Shown here: one piece after another, positions 20,456-33,373 of the stretch | How the letters are laid out: the number at the start of each line of letters is the position of its first letter | Position numbering within the stretch: position 1 is the first letter of the stretch | Assembly: GCA_041697335.1 (NCBI GenBank) | Contig: JBGUGD010000035.1 | Location: 1 to 64,000 of the forward strand | DNA from: Vampirovibrionaceae bacterium NZW_1234 | Lineage (GTDB): Bacteria; Cyanobacteriota; Vampirovibrionia; Vampirovibrionales; JAGQHJ01 | Direction of reading: 5' to 3' | Length of the DNA: 64,000 nt | Translations under genes and position numbers: made by a program | Notes under the pieces: model-generated | The model's input: only the letters and a program-made list of their open reading frames with translations | The model's database searches: none | Told to the model about the DNA's origin: nothing

Positions 20456-21733
20456 CTACTCTGAATGCCAATCTTTCATGTGATTGGCATGGGTATTGAG
20501 GTAAGCACCTGGGCCGTAATACTGATCGTAAAAATTGAGATCCAGGTGGTGGGCTTGTAAATACATAAACGCCAACATAGTCGGAACCGTTCCCGGGAAT
20601 TTACCAAACTGATCGTAAATATATTGCGCCTGGCGAGAAATACACGCGATAAAGCGTTCAGAATGGATTTGAGCAGATCGGCGAACACGGCCACTATCTT
20701 TCCATGGTCCGGGAGTCTTCTCGTGGAAGGGGCCATTTAAACCAAACTTACGGTCAACAACAGCCAGGACAGCTTCATGCATGGAAGGATAATAGGGTGG
20801 ACAGTGACCTTCAAATACGCCTTGCAAACCCAACACATTAGGCAGGGTCCAGTGTTCCTCGACTTGGTAATCGAATCCCAAACCGGGGACAGCAGGGTCA
20901 CCACTGGCACCCAGCACGGAGTAGGGATTCACCCCATTGTACATCCAACCGCCTAAGCCCATGGCCTGAAGCATTAATGCCCCGGCATAGCACGCACTGA
21001 CCAATTCGGCGTTGGCCTCCAATAAGGTATACTGCTCCAAAAAGCTGAGGGGAATCACCCGATTCGGATCAACCAGATCGTGAAACTGCTCCAGGCCGGG
21101 AATATCGTTCTGGTGAATATCATCATAAAGCATGTAGCCATTCTGCAGGTAGTAACAAAGGTTCGCGATATTATGCTCTGCCAGGTCCGCAACAGGAATA
21201 ACAAACAAACTGCCGGGACAATTGGCAACCCACTGATTGTGACCTTCCACATGAGGATCTTGGGGCGGCAGCTTCAAGCGTCTGTCAGATAACTGACGAA
21301 CCCGATCTCGGTGAGCCGACATTATCGTCTCAATTGGAAGGTCTTTCAGGGATGTTGGCTGAACGAGTTGTGGCGCATGTTTGGTCTCAAAAAAATAGGT
21401 CCCTGAATCATCGGTAAAAAACAGATTGGATACATGAAACCCGGCAGCTGAAGGGAAGGTTCGCCCACCGGCACTCATACTGTAATTGGGCAAATGGGGC
21501 GCATACCGTGAATTGAAGGGAATTAAATTATGCCATCCTGTATTGCCCGCCATTGCCGTTAAAACCAGCATGGTTTCTTCCTCGGTCAGTGGAAGCGGAT
21601 CAAGGTTCGATCGATATTGAAACGGGCCAGAAGAGATTTCAGCGCCTCGAAAAAATCGACGGGATCGTCTACCCCAAAGCACTTCAACAAAGGGTATCTT
21701 CATTAGCGTGGTAAAGCCTGGTGAATCTGGCAT
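20456..21733 (-). CDS. Nitroreductase/SagB-fold-like conserved protein
   Basis: GRRSRRF and GRTFPSAAG resemble FMN-binding nitroreductase motifs; LMLQAMGLGGW. Confidence 0.55.
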   Translation of the reverse strand: MPDSPGFTTLMKIPFVEVLWGRRSRRFFRGAEISSGPFQYRSNLDPLPLTEEETMLVLTAMAGNTGWHNLIPFNSRYAPHLPNYSMSAGGRTFPSAAGFHVSNLFFTDDSGTYFFETKHAPQLVQPTSLKDLPIETIMSAHRDRVRQLSDRRLKLPPQDPHVEGHNQWVANCPGSLFVIPVADLAEHNIANLCYYLQNGYMLYDDIHQNDIPGLEQFHDLVDPNRVIPLSFLEQYTLLEANAELVSACYAGALMLQAMGLGGWMYNGVNPYSVLGASGDPAVPGLGFDYQVEEHWTLPNVLGLQGVFEGHCPPYYPSMHEAVLAVVDRKFGLNGPFHEKTPGPWKDSGRVRRSAQIHSERFIACISRQAQYIYDQFGKFPGTVPTMLAFMYLQAHHLDLNFYDQYYGPGAYLNTHANHMKDWHSE

Positions 21734-21924
21734 CGGTTCTGCTCGGCCCCCAAGTTGTTGTTAAAGCGCTAAAACGCGTCAAAAAGAAACTTTAGTAATT
21801 ACCACATGGTAATCTACCCGCCATCCCCTATGCGACTCCCTCCAACGGGTTTACCCTAATCGGAAATCGGAATTGAAAGCGATAAAAACTTTGCGGATCA
21901 GAATCAAATAATAAATGATGGGGT

Positions 21925-22326
21925 TTACTCTGCAGACATATCGCATTCCCAAAGACCAAAGGGATTCCCATCCAGATCCCGACATATGGCAAAAAAGCCC
22001 TTACCAGACACTGCCGTCCTGGGGACCAGAACAGTGGCACCCAAGCTCTGCGCCTTTTCTAGAGAACGATCTAGGGATGTCACACTCACATACTGGGTCA
22101 CCTGGTGCCCTGGGGCTTGACGCTTCATCATGCCTCCAAAGGCTACACCGGGTTCGTTTGGCGTTCCCGTATCAACACTCCAGTAGTCAAATTCAGGTGC
22201 CGTACCGGGCATTTTCTCGAAACGCCAATCAAAGAGTTGAGCATAAAACGCCTGGGCTCGAGCGATATCGTTCACAGGAATTTCAAAATAGCAGATGTTG
22301 GCCATGGCCTTTTTGGCTCCTTTCAT
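21925..22326 (-). CDS. VOC/glyoxalase family protein
   Basis: YFEIPVNDIARAQAFYAQLFDW, DLDGNPFGLWE. Confidence 0.9.
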   Translation of the reverse strand: MKGAKKAMANICYFEIPVNDIARAQAFYAQLFDWRFEKMPGTAPEFDYWSVDTGTPNEPGVAFGGMMKRQAPGHQVTQYVSVTSLDRSLEKAQSLGATVLVPRTAVSGKGFFAICRDLDGNPFGLWECDMSAE

Positions 22327-22588
22327 TCCTCAACTAGTCACCCCAGTGGTTATGACCACACTAACATAACCGAATCCCAAGAAACACAGTTCAGCCCTAC
22401 CGATTGGGATGGCCCGCTTTAAGTCATTCAAAAGCTCTTTGGAAAATTATGTTTTTATTCCCGCCATTTTTTCGGATCGACACATCAATGCCACAATGTT
22501 TATGTTATATTCCAGAAAAATCAAACATGGTTTCAAGAACACACCATTTCTATCATGTCAGGATGTTTCACGGGAGCGTCGTTGAAGT

Positions 22589-23416
22589 ATGTCTGTTCGG
22601 TTTCGGGGGATTCCAATAGCCCAGTACCAGGTCCCAGTATCCCGACCTGGACATTCAAAGGAAAAGACTGAGAGGCTGACTGTCGTACAACTGGAACCCA
22701 AGGATTTACCGATTATCGAACATTTAAGCCGCCAAGTTGAGGAAAGAGGCTTGGTTCAACACCCAGACAAAGACGATCACAAGACGTTTGTCCACAATTG
22801 GATTATCAAATGGATGCTGGAAGACCTGAAAACCATCCTCAAGATGGTTGAACGTTGTGCGCTCCCCTTACCTACCGTGATGTATATGGCCGTTGTCAAC
22901 AAACAACCTGTGGGTATTGCCATGGCGCATATGCCTAAAATTACCCAGGATAATAAACTTGTTTATAGTTACCGGGCCAAGCCTGAGGAAACCGAGCTGG
23001 ATTGGCTCTCTTCATGGCCTTTGGCTGATCAGCGAAAAGTCAAAGGAGTGGGTCAAATCCTGTTGTCTCATGTCTATGAGTCTTGCCGGGCGTTAAAGCA
23101 GAAAAGCCTGTTTATACGGGCTGCAAACCCTGAGAATTCTGACTGTATTGGATTTTACAAGGCCATGGGGGCTAAAAAGCGAGGAGGCCTTCAATATTTT
23201 GATCAAAAAACAGGCCCTCGCCATTTGAGCTTGTTGCTTCAAGACTATCCATATGAACCCAGTTCTGGCATCATTCAGCCCATGAGCGTCTCAATGGACC
23301 TGGCGAAACAAATGGCCAGGCAGGTTTTTGACAAATATCAGCAACGCAAAATGGTTCAGCGCAGTTTTAAGCCTGAGTATTTCGTCACCCTTCCGAAAAC
23401 AAAGCGAAAAACCTGA
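22589..23416 (+). CDS. GNAT-like acetyltransferase with N-terminal VRFRG motif
   Basis: KVKGVGQILL (acetyl-CoA loop) and IGFYKAMG. Confidence 0.65.
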   Translation: MSVRFRGIPIAQYQVPVSRPGHSKEKTERLTVVQLEPKDLPIIEHLSRQVEERGLVQHPDKDDHKTFVHNWIIKWMLEDLKTILKMVERCALPLPTVMYMAVVNKQPVGIAMAHMPKITQDNKLVYSYRAKPEETELDWLSSWPLADQRKVKGVGQILLSHVYESCRALKQKSLFIRAANPENSDCIGFYKAMGAKKRGGLQYFDQKTGPRHLSLLLQDYPYEPSSGIIQPMSVSMDLAKQMARQVFDKYQQRKMVQRSFKPEYFVTLPKTKRKT

Positions 23417-23853
23417 GTCTTTCGCCCAACACCAATCACTTTAGCCATACCAGCACCCTTGCAAGCCAATTAAACTTTTTATTCAATTTAGACAAATATT
23501 TCCGCAATCACTCATTTTTGCAACGCTGCGGCCTAAAGAGAGAGGGATTACGATAGATAATGGAATGAAAGTTACAGTCCCATATGCGTTATGAGACAAT
23601 AAAGGAAATTTTAGTTTACGAAGTACGGTAAACAACCCGTTTACGGATCAAAGCGACAATTTCAGTTTGGAACGGACATTACTTGGCCCACATTATGGTG
23701 GATCCATCCAATGGGGTTCAAAAAAATAAGCCAAAATGACCACCTCACATAGCCCACCAGTGAATATAGCAGCCCAAAATCATTTGCAATGAGTGGTACC
23801 ATGAGGTAAACCACATTGGCAAAACCGAACATGCCAGGGAACTTCTTTTTCCA

Positions 23854-24744
23854 ATGTCCCACGCTCCAACCAAATCACCACGATTAGCACTAGCGGTCGC
23901 CATGCTCGTGAGCGCCATTATTATTATTCAAATTGGTGCAGCCTTGGCAAAACAGTTGTTTCCACTCATTTCACCTCAAGGCACCTCGTCCTTACGACTG
24001 TTTTATGCCGCCCTGATTTTATCTGCCCTTTGGCAGCCATGGACAAAAGCCCTGTCACGTGCACAGTGGCTCGCGACCCTGCTTTACGGGTTATCACTGG
24101 GCGGTATGAATCTGTTAATCTATATGGCCTTCGATCGTCTTCCCTTAGGCATCGCCATCGCCTTGGAATTTATTGGGCCACTCTCAGTGGCTTTGATTGC
24201 TTCTCGTAGGCCTTTGGATTTCCTCTGGGTGTTATTTGCCATTGCCGGTCTCGCCATGTTATTGCCGATCGGTGGTGTATCCAGTTCTCTGGATCCAATT
24301 GGAATTTGTTTGGCCCTTGGAGCAGGCCTTTGCTGGGCCTTATACATTCTCTTTGGCCAGCGAACCAGCACCACTGTTCATGGCGGCACAGCGCTTGCCA
24401 TTGGAATGAGTATCGGCGCCATTCTTGTAATGCCATTTGGACTTGCAAAAGTCGGCATGCAGTTGTTTTCACCCGCCATATTTCCGACAGCATTGAGCGT
24501 GGCCATTTTATCAAGTATCATTCCCTACTCATTAGAAATGCGTGTACTGAATCAGATACCCGTCAAACTGTTCGGAATTCTTCAAAGCCTGGGACCTGCC
24601 CTTGGTGCCCTTGCCGGACTCATTCTTCTTAAGGAACACCTCAATCACGTTCAATGGCTTGCTATTTTCTGTATCATTGCTGCCTCAATCGGAAGCACCC
24701 TCTGTACTGCAAATCATTCTGCACAAAAAGAAACAACCCAATAA
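23854..24744 (+). CDS. rhtA: EamA/DMT transporter, threonine/homoserine exporter RhtA-like
   Basis: QIGAALAKQLFP, RLPLGIAIALEFIGPL, SSIIPYSLEM; about 10 TM helices. Confidence 0.85.
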   Translation: MSHAPTKSPRLALAVAMLVSAIIIIQIGAALAKQLFPLISPQGTSSLRLFYAALILSALWQPWTKALSRAQWLATLLYGLSLGGMNLLIYMAFDRLPLGIAIALEFIGPLSVALIASRRPLDFLWVLFAIAGLAMLLPIGGVSSSLDPIGICLALGAGLCWALYILFGQRTSTTVHGGTALAIGMSIGAILVMPFGLAKVGMQLFSPAIFPTALSVAILSSIIPYSLEMRVLNQIPVKLFGILQSLGPALGALAGLILLKEHLNHVQWLAIFCIIAASIGSTLCTANHSAQKETTQ

Positions 24745-24849
24745 GTTAGTCATTATACTCCTGCAGTATTTACAACCCTCTTGATAAACAACACTATTTG
24801 ATGTATGATAGCGGGTCTTCAAATTATATTTTTAAGAGGCTTGGGATTG

Positions 24850-25290
24850 ATGGGAGTATACAGTGTAAAAGGACTTAATGCCGTTAATCAACAGAACGTG
24901 CGGTTTCAGGGCACCGTAACAAGAGATGCTGCCCCGCATTTTATCACGTTCCCGGGACATTCAGACGTTTTTAAACACTTCGAGAAAACGGTTCACTCGC
25001 AGCTGAAACCGGATACACATCTTGATTTAACCAGCTCCACGTATTCAACATCGGCCGGACGACGTCAAGAACATTTTGTTACGGTGTCCCGTCAGAAGAA
25101 AGTATTGGCCGATAAAACCTACATAGGCGCTTGGGGAGCTGACGAGCATCGACAAAGCCCATGGGATTTCCTTGCCTGGATTCCTGGCACCATAGGCAGA
25201 TGGGCTACCAATAAAAAAGATCAAGCCTGGTACAAAGCCCAGTTAGATCGAGCCCTGCAAATTGCTCTTTCCTGCGAAAAAAACAGGTAA
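24850..25290 (+). CDS. Hypothetical protein with N-terminal VRFQG motif
   Basis: ORF; probable start ATG 24850. Confidence 0.6.
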   Translation: MGVYSVKGLNAVNQQNVRFQGTVTRDAAPHFITFPGHSDVFKHFEKTVHSQLKPDTHLDLTSSTYSTSAGRRQEHFVTVSRQKKVLADKTYIGAWGADEHRQSPWDFLAWIPGTIGRWATNKKDQAWYKAQLDRALQIALSCEKNR

Positions 25291-25552
25291 AACCAGCTAT
25301 ACCTGCGTCATTGACCTATGCCTCTTATCCTCAGAGCATTCTGAGGGCAAATTAATCTATTGCGTTGCCACTGTCGCTCGATAATAAGCAAGTCACTTCA
25401 ACGACGTTCCGTGGCGTAAAGCCCTTTTCTTGCATGGAAGCGTCCCTATTTTAACAAGGCGACTTCATGCTGATTAATTAGAAATATGCTTTCTGAAAAA
25501 AGCCCTGGGTGGGTGTGCGCATTTCGAGTATGATTTAATACATCCTAAGTAA

Positions 25553-27841
<2,289 letters not shown>

Positions 27842-27894
27842 CATCCAGAGACTCTGACCGTCCTAATAAATAAAACGTTAACACAGACAAACGA

Positions 27895-27927
27895 AAAGAC
27901 CCGTTGTAATGAATGCAACGGGTCTTT
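27895..27927. terminator. Rho-independent terminator between convergent genes
   Basis: AAAGACCCGTTG...CAACGGGTCTTT inverted repeat. Confidence 0.7.
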
Positions 27928-28013
27928 ATGATATTGGATTTTGATTGGCTCCAAACTTTTTATTTTAAAAAAGTAAACTGTATAAGGTTGTTGGCTGAGC
28001 CGCTAAAAAACTG

Positions 28014-28868
28014 CTAGACTGGCCAAAACCGCATTTCCAATGAAACTCTTGTGAGATCATGATTCCAATTACACGCTCCGCCGTGAATTAAATAGGGAGA
28101 AAAAACAAGTACTTCATTTACCTGCGGATTGGGACGGATCATGTTGAGATCAATCTCTCCTGAAAAACCCTGCTCAATAACCGTTTCATCCCATAAATGG
28201 CTCTCGGGGATAAGAGATAATGAGGACAATGCATTGCTCCCGGCCAAAGGCACATAGATATTAACACTATTACGGTAGACATCTAACCAAACATCACGGT
28301 GAGGCAAGTTATTGTCTTTCGAGCCTGGACGAACGATACGCACCATAAACATTTCGTTAATGATGCCGCTATTCGTACTCACCCGAGTACCACACATCTC
28401 CGATATTCGATTTTCGATCAATACTTTGGGTATTGGTAGCTGATCTATGGGTATTCCTTTGAAAAGTATTTCCTGTACTTTGCTGTGAAGATCTTCAGAG
28501 CGACGCACCCAATGATGATATTGGCTCAATTGGAATGGGCCTAAAGCCGCCAACTCAGGGGCCAGTGTTACTAGTAAATTGCCGACCAAGCCTTGTATGC
28601 CAACTAACAAATGATTGTACAGCTCTTTATCCGATAAAAAAGGGGCCACTGTATAGCCCTGATTGCACCAGTCTGTTTGCTTGATTAAGTTGATATCTTT
28701 TTCTAAAAGTACACCTTTTTTTAAGTGCTTTCGCTCGCCAAACACAGGAAAAACAACAGGTGTCCCATTAAGCGCATAATGAAGAAATCGTTGTTCTTTG
28801 GTCTTAATTGCCTGGAAAGATTCCCAAGTACCCGGCCGGTAGATTGTTTTCAATGGTGTGGTTGTCAC
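28014..28868 (-). CDS. Fe(II)/2-oxoglutarate dioxygenase, phytanoyl-CoA hydroxylase-like
   Basis: PHRD (HxD), NIYVPL, IPESH, LIHGG (distal His), RVSLEMRF. Confidence 0.7.
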   Translation of the reverse strand: MTTTPLKTIYRPGTWESFQAIKTKEQRFLHYALNGTPVVFPVFGERKHLKKGVLLEKDINLIKQTDWCNQGYTVAPFLSDKELYNHLLVGIQGLVGNLLVTLAPELAALGPFQLSQYHHWVRRSEDLHSKVQEILFKGIPIDQLPIPKVLIENRISEMCGTRVSTNSGIINEMFMVRIVRPGSKDNNLPHRDVWLDVYRNSVNIYVPLAGSNALSSLSLIPESHLWDETVIEQGFSGEIDLNMIRPNPQVNEVLVFSPYLIHGGACNWNHDLTRVSLEMRFWPV

Positions 28869-28932
28869 AGCAGAACACGCTCAGCAAAAGAAATACTACT
28901 TATTTATTTTTAATTAATTCTGTTTCAAAAAA

Positions 28933-28975
28933 TGGTGGGCGGTACAAAATTTAAACTTGTGTCGCCTTCCGTTTG
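28933..28975 (-). repeat. Degenerate tRNA-Val 3'-half (old att scar)
   Basis: 37/43 nt identical to 33374-33416; T-loop GTTCGAA mutated to GTTTAAA. Confidence 0.8.
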
Positions 28976-29606
28976 CACTCAGCGTCTTTTCTTACATCTG
29001 GTTGTCAAAATACCTAACCACTTAGGCCATTTTTTATTGGATTCAGCCATCGCTGCATACTCCTCATTCTTATCTGGGAAGTATTGTATCACTACAAACT
29101 GCGATTTGATGTTTCTGTCTGATTAAGTAATGAGGGGACACAAGAAGCCCAGCCTTATAGGCTTTTTTAGCCATATATTTATTGGGCTCAGTAACCTCGA
29201 AAACCTTTTTAATGTGGCATGATAAGTCTCACCAAGTAGTAATCATATAAAAACTTAGGTATTTAGAGAGTCTTGCTAGAGCAGAAAGTGATTATGGTCA
29301 TGAACACATTGTTTGGAGGGTTTCTAAAAAGGTAGACTCGTTAGTCTATTTGTAAATTAAGAAGTACTCTAAAAACCTCTAGAAAAAACAGCTTAAACTC
29401 AACAAAATTGGAGAATAAATTTCTAATTTAATAACCGCTCTAAACAGGTTAGCTTTTAAACGAACAGGAGCTCAATTATTGTCTAATCGTGTAATTATTA
29501 TTTTAAAATAAATTATTACACTGTTAGTAGATAATACACCATTACGCTTTGAGATGAGGCCTCATCCCTAAAAGTATTTTGCTAAAACTAAAAAAGGAGA
29601 TGAGAA

Positions 29607-30569
29607 ATGTTTACTAAAAGCAAGCTCTCTCGATTTATTACCTTATCCACATTGGGAGCGATTCTAATCACTCCAGTTCAGGCTATACACACCCCAACTT
29701 CGGCGTTTAATCTTAATGACACAAAACAACAATCACAATTAAAGGGATTAAGAACCACGACATTATCAATCGTTGAGATACCTGATTTAATCGTCAGAGG
29801 TGGCCGTGGTGGTGGAGGTGGTAGCCGTGGCGGTGGCGGAGTTCATAACTTTGGTGGCAGAAGTGGTGCCAGTTTTGGAAGTGTCAGAGGTAATTCATTG
29901 TCTAGGCCATCCTCTAGAGGAATGGGCACATTAAATCGCCCTAGTACGGGTAGAGAGAGAAATATTCCTAGGCAGCAATTTGATCGGCCTCCAACTCATC
30001 AACTCCCTCATCCTCAGAATATTTCTCAACCAATTAGGCAGCAGCCCATGTCAGGCAAAATTAACAATCTTCCGAGTACAAGAGAAACACAGAACCGCAC
30101 CAATCGACAGCCCAGTTATCCACGCGACCGTGATAACACAAGATGGTCAGGTAACAAACAAACACCCTTAAGAGGAGACCTCGACAAAGAAAGAAATGTA
30201 AATAGAGATTTAAATAGAAATGTTAATATCGACAGTAATGGCTGGAACTGGGAAGATGATGGCTGGCCTGTCGGTGCCGGCGCTGCTGGTTTTGCACTAG
30301 GGGCCATTGTGGGTTCACTACCAAGCACATACGAGACCGTCTATATACAAGGAGAACCTTATTATTATTCACAAGGTGCGTACTATGCCCCTAGTGGTAA
30401 CGAGGGATACACGATTGTGGCTCCACCGACTGGAGCAATAGTATCGACCCTACCACCGGACGCTACTGAAGTTCAAGTTGGAGGGCAGCTACTCTATCAA
30501 GCAGGAAATGTCTATTATCAATCTATTAATTACAATGGTCAGCAGATGTTCCAAGTTGTACAGTACTAA
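29607..30569 (+). CDS. Exported Gly/Arg/Asn-rich protein, DUF6515-like C-terminus
   Basis: Signal-like N-terminus, RGGRGGGGG region, C-terminal GAIVGSLP...YYYSQGAYY...VAPPTGA...Y repeats; AAGGAG RBS. Confidence 0.75.
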   Translation: MFTKSKLSRFITLSTLGAILITPVQAIHTPTSAFNLNDTKQQSQLKGLRTTTLSIVEIPDLIVRGGRGGGGGSRGGGGVHNFGGRSGASFGSVRGNSLSRPSSRGMGTLNRPSTGRERNIPRQQFDRPPTHQLPHPQNISQPIRQQPMSGKINNLPSTRETQNRTNRQPSYPRDRDNTRWSGNKQTPLRGDLDKERNVNRDLNRNVNIDSNGWNWEDDGWPVGAGAAGFALGAIVGSLPSTYETVYIQGEPYYYSQGAYYAPSGNEGYTIVAPPTGAIVSTLPPDATEVQVGGQLLYQAGNVYYQSINYNGQQMFQVVQY

Positions 30570-30600
30570 TTTCTTGAAATCGAATTTGCGACCAGAGACA

Positions 30601-30645
30601 ACTAAAACCCCTAGGCACTTTCTAAAAATGCTTAGGGGTTTTAGT
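30601..30645. terminator. Bidirectional terminator
   Basis: ACTAAAACCCCTAGGCA...TGCTTAGGGGTTTTAGT between convergent ORFs. Confidence 0.75.
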
Positions 30646-30667
30646 TTTAATAGCTTATAAGTTAATT

Positions 30668-30925
30668 CTAATCTTGCCGTCCTTCACGTCGTTCCTCACG
30701 ACGTTCCTCGCGGGCTTCTTGACGATCATCACGGCGTTCTTCACGAGCTTCTTGGCGTTCTTCACGACGTTCGCCACGATCATCACGGCGCTCTTCACGT
30801 GTTTCTTGGCGACCTTCACGGCGTTCGCCACGATCATCACGGCGTTCTTCACGAGCTTCTTGGCGACCTTCACGGCGTTCGCCGCGTTCTTCTTTGCGTA
30901 ACTCAGCTTTTTCTTTATTAAACAT
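30668..30925 (-). CDS. Small Glu/Arg tandem-repeat protein (85 aa)
   Basis: AGGAGG RBS upstream of ATG 30925; about 3.5 copies of an 18-aa unit RGERREGRQEAREERRDD (54-nt repeat). Confidence 0.7.
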   Translation of the reverse strand: MFNKEKAELRKEERGERREGRQEAREERRDDRGERREGRQETREERRDDRGERREERQEAREERRDDRQEAREERREERREGRQD

Positions 30926-31217
30926 TGGTCCATCCCTCCTGAGTTTATATATTTCAAAACAGTATAGATTGCTATTGAAACTGTTCATTGGTATGTTATA
31001 TCCAGTTCATAAGATATAACATTAACTTCGTAGGCTAAGCTGAGAACTGAGTATTTAAATATAGGCCATCGTAGGATCCTTGACTCGTTTTAAATCGCCC
31101 TCATTGAAAATTACAATTATTATTTCCTACAATAAAAGAATAGATAAACCGGGCATCATTCGTTATAAATTTAAAAGCTATAATTAGCATCCTTGAATAA
31201 ACGAGAGCTTCTATATT

Positions 31218-32021
31218 GTGCTAATTAAACAAATTCTTATTTTATTTCCCCTGTGGGTATTCGGAAGCATACTATTCTCAATTTTTCTTCTCGCTGTATA
31301 TTCCGGTTGGTGTCTCAGCCGTCTTCTAGAGAAAAGAGTTAACATTAATAGCAAAAAAGGTCCGGAAGCAATTTGGGGATCTGCACTCGGATTATTAGCA
31401 CTGCTAATAGGGTTTACGTTTTCAATGGCATTGAACCGCTATGAACTAAGACGGCAACTCGTGGTTGACGAGGCAAATGCCATTGGTACAGCGTATTTAC
31501 AATTACAACTGCTGCAAGAACCCTATAAAGACCAACTTAGTCACTTGCTTGTTGACTACACGACCATACGGATCCAGTTATTCAATCCGAACAATATTTA
31601 TCGAGAAGCCTATTTCCAAAAGCAATCTGAAGAACTACAGCTTAGAATTTGGGATAGGTTAATACAAGTATTCCATAAAGCTCCACAATATCAGCTTAGC
31701 GGACAGATCTCAAAAATGATTGAGGTGGGAGGACAACGAATGGCAGCTCAAAAAGCCCATATACCAATCATTGTTTTAGAATTGCTCATTTTTTATGCAC
31801 TAATCACAGCGATATTGCAAGGTTTTCTCCAGAACACAGAATCTAAATATCATTTCATCACACCAGCATTACTCCAAATTTTGATTACCCTGGTCATTTT
31901 ACTGATTATAGACCTGGACATGCCAAGAAAAGGTGCAATCACAGTTACTCAGGTACCAATACAACAAGTTCAAGTCAGAATTTTAGCAATTGAACATCAA
32001 AAACATTCATTGCATAAATAA
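31218..32021 (+). CDS. DUF4239/bestrophin-like membrane protein
   Basis: LGLLALLIGFTFSMALNRYELRRQLVVDEANAIGTAYL; IIDLDMPRKGAI. Confidence 0.85.
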   Translation: MLIKQILILFPLWVFGSILFSIFLLAVYSGWCLSRLLEKRVNINSKKGPEAIWGSALGLLALLIGFTFSMALNRYELRRQLVVDEANAIGTAYLQLQLLQEPYKDQLSHLLVDYTTIRIQLFNPNNIYREAYFQKQSEELQLRIWDRLIQVFHKAPQYQLSGQISKMIEVGGQRMAAQKAHIPIIVLELLIFYALITAILQGFLQNTESKYHFITPALLQILITLVILLIIDLDMPRKGAITVTQVPIQQVQVRILAIEHQKHSLHK

Positions 32022-32174
32022 TGGAAAACTTAAAAAGTACTATCGTTTAGGAAATCACATATTATCATCCGGATTTTGCGTATGACTGCTAAGACTACAC
32101 ATCAAGGTAGAAGTTTAGTATAGCCTTATCGAGATCGCTTTATATAAACTTACTTAATATGGACAAATACTCGC

Positions 32175-33296
32175 TTAAAAGTGCTCTCGAAAGCGATCTT
32201 TGGCATCGTCCGCAATGGTCGAATTAACGTGGGATACTGTCACACCACGAAAATACTTAAAGAAATCATCGTAAGGAACCACCAGGGGCTTACTGGATTC
32301 ATGGGGATTTTTAATAATGATTTCTCGCCTGGTGCTGTCCACTTTATGTACGGAATACGTGTGCCATGCCGGGTACTTTTGTCCGGGATCCACATACATT
32401 TGATCAGGTTTGGGGCGAGGAAGCGTCCATACATTGAGAATGTATTTTTCCGGCTGCCGGGAATAGTCATTTAACTGCGATTCAAACTTTTCCGGATGTT
32501 CCATCATATTTCCCTCGGCATCCATGTTAAAAAAAACAAGCTCCGCATCCCAACCTGTTAAATCACGAAATGCAATTTTGCCGTTGTAATGATATTTATC
32601 ACGATCAAAATACAACGTCATAATATCGTCATCCGGTATATGGGCAAACACATCAGGGAAGAGTTTTTTTTGCAGCTGCGCATAGGCAAGCTCTAGTACT
32701 TTTACCATGGGACTGCCATGGACAAAGGAATGAAAGGTACGCATACCCTTGGGCATTTTTTCAAACACTCCTTGCAGCTGGGCGTGATCCTCGGGATCAA
32801 TCACCAAACGACCCGTGGGAGTTTCTTTGAGCAGTTTCTGATACCATTGAGCCTGGCTACGGGTGAGCGCAATCCCTTGACGTTTTGCGAACACTCGAAT
32901 GTGATCGATCAACGTTTTGGGCCTTGGCTGGGATTGAGGTCGCACAATTATCGGCAAATTAGGAAAGCGTTTGAATGTGACTTTATACGATCCATCCGGT
33001 TGGACCTTAACGATCTGGTTCAGTATTTTGTATCCTTCAGGGTGATTCACTAAGGCATCGATGGCCGTCAATAATTGACAATCCGGCACAGCCCCCTGCT
33101 TGATATTGATCCGCCGAGGAAACGTCGAAGGCATTGCCCCCTGGAAATGCACCGTATCTTGAAGGAAGACCAACCCCCTTCTCTGATGATAGGGTTTCCT
33201 AGACAGCCCATAGCCTTGAGGAGCACCTGCATTTTGTAAAATCGGGAACCCTTGTATTAATCTCTCGGACACTGACTTATAAATCCTCAACCACAA
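32175..33296 (-). CDS. Calpain-like (C2 family) cysteine protease; start uncertain
   Basis: IKQGAVPDCQLL (Gln + catalytic Cys), WHTYSV (His), IIKNPH (Asn); VHFQG motif near N-terminus. Confidence 0.8.
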   Translation of the reverse strand: MWLRIYKSVSERLIQGFPILQNAGAPQGYGLSRKPYHQRRGLVFLQDTVHFQGAMPSTFPRRINIKQGAVPDCQLLTAIDALVNHPEGYKILNQIVKVQPDGSYKVTFKRFPNLPIIVRPQSQPRPKTLIDHIRVFAKRQGIALTRSQAQWYQKLLKETPTGRLVIDPEDHAQLQGVFEKMPKGMRTFHSFVHGSPMVKVLELAYAQLQKKLFPDVFAHIPDDDIMTLYFDRDKYHYNGKIAFRDLTGWDAELVFFNMDAEGNMMEHPEKFESQLNDYSRQPEKYILNVWTLPRPKPDQMYVDPGQKYPAWHTYSVHKVDSTRREIIIKNPHESSKPLVVPYDDFFKYFRGVTVSHVNSTIADDAKDRFREHF

Positions 33297-33373
33297 CCCA
33301 TACGAATATCAAATAATCGACACTCCCATAATATTGCTTTGATTTCATATGATTAGAATAAGGGGCAAAAAAA

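Noticed and set aside
23662..23862. 66-aa hydrophobic minus-strand ORF
   Set aside because: Overlaps the rhtA start region, no RBS or motif support
27891..27960. Possible third att scar (TGGCTCC after a hairpin)
   Set aside because: Only about 7 nt resemble a tRNA 3' end; the hairpin is explained as the katG terminator
30655..30957. Alternative-frame ORFs (30655-30957 minus, 30674-30901 plus) and a CRISPR-like look of the repeats
   Set aside because: Units are contiguous 54-nt coding repeats without unique spacers; extra open frames are a by-product of the repeat, and the RBS supports the E/R frame
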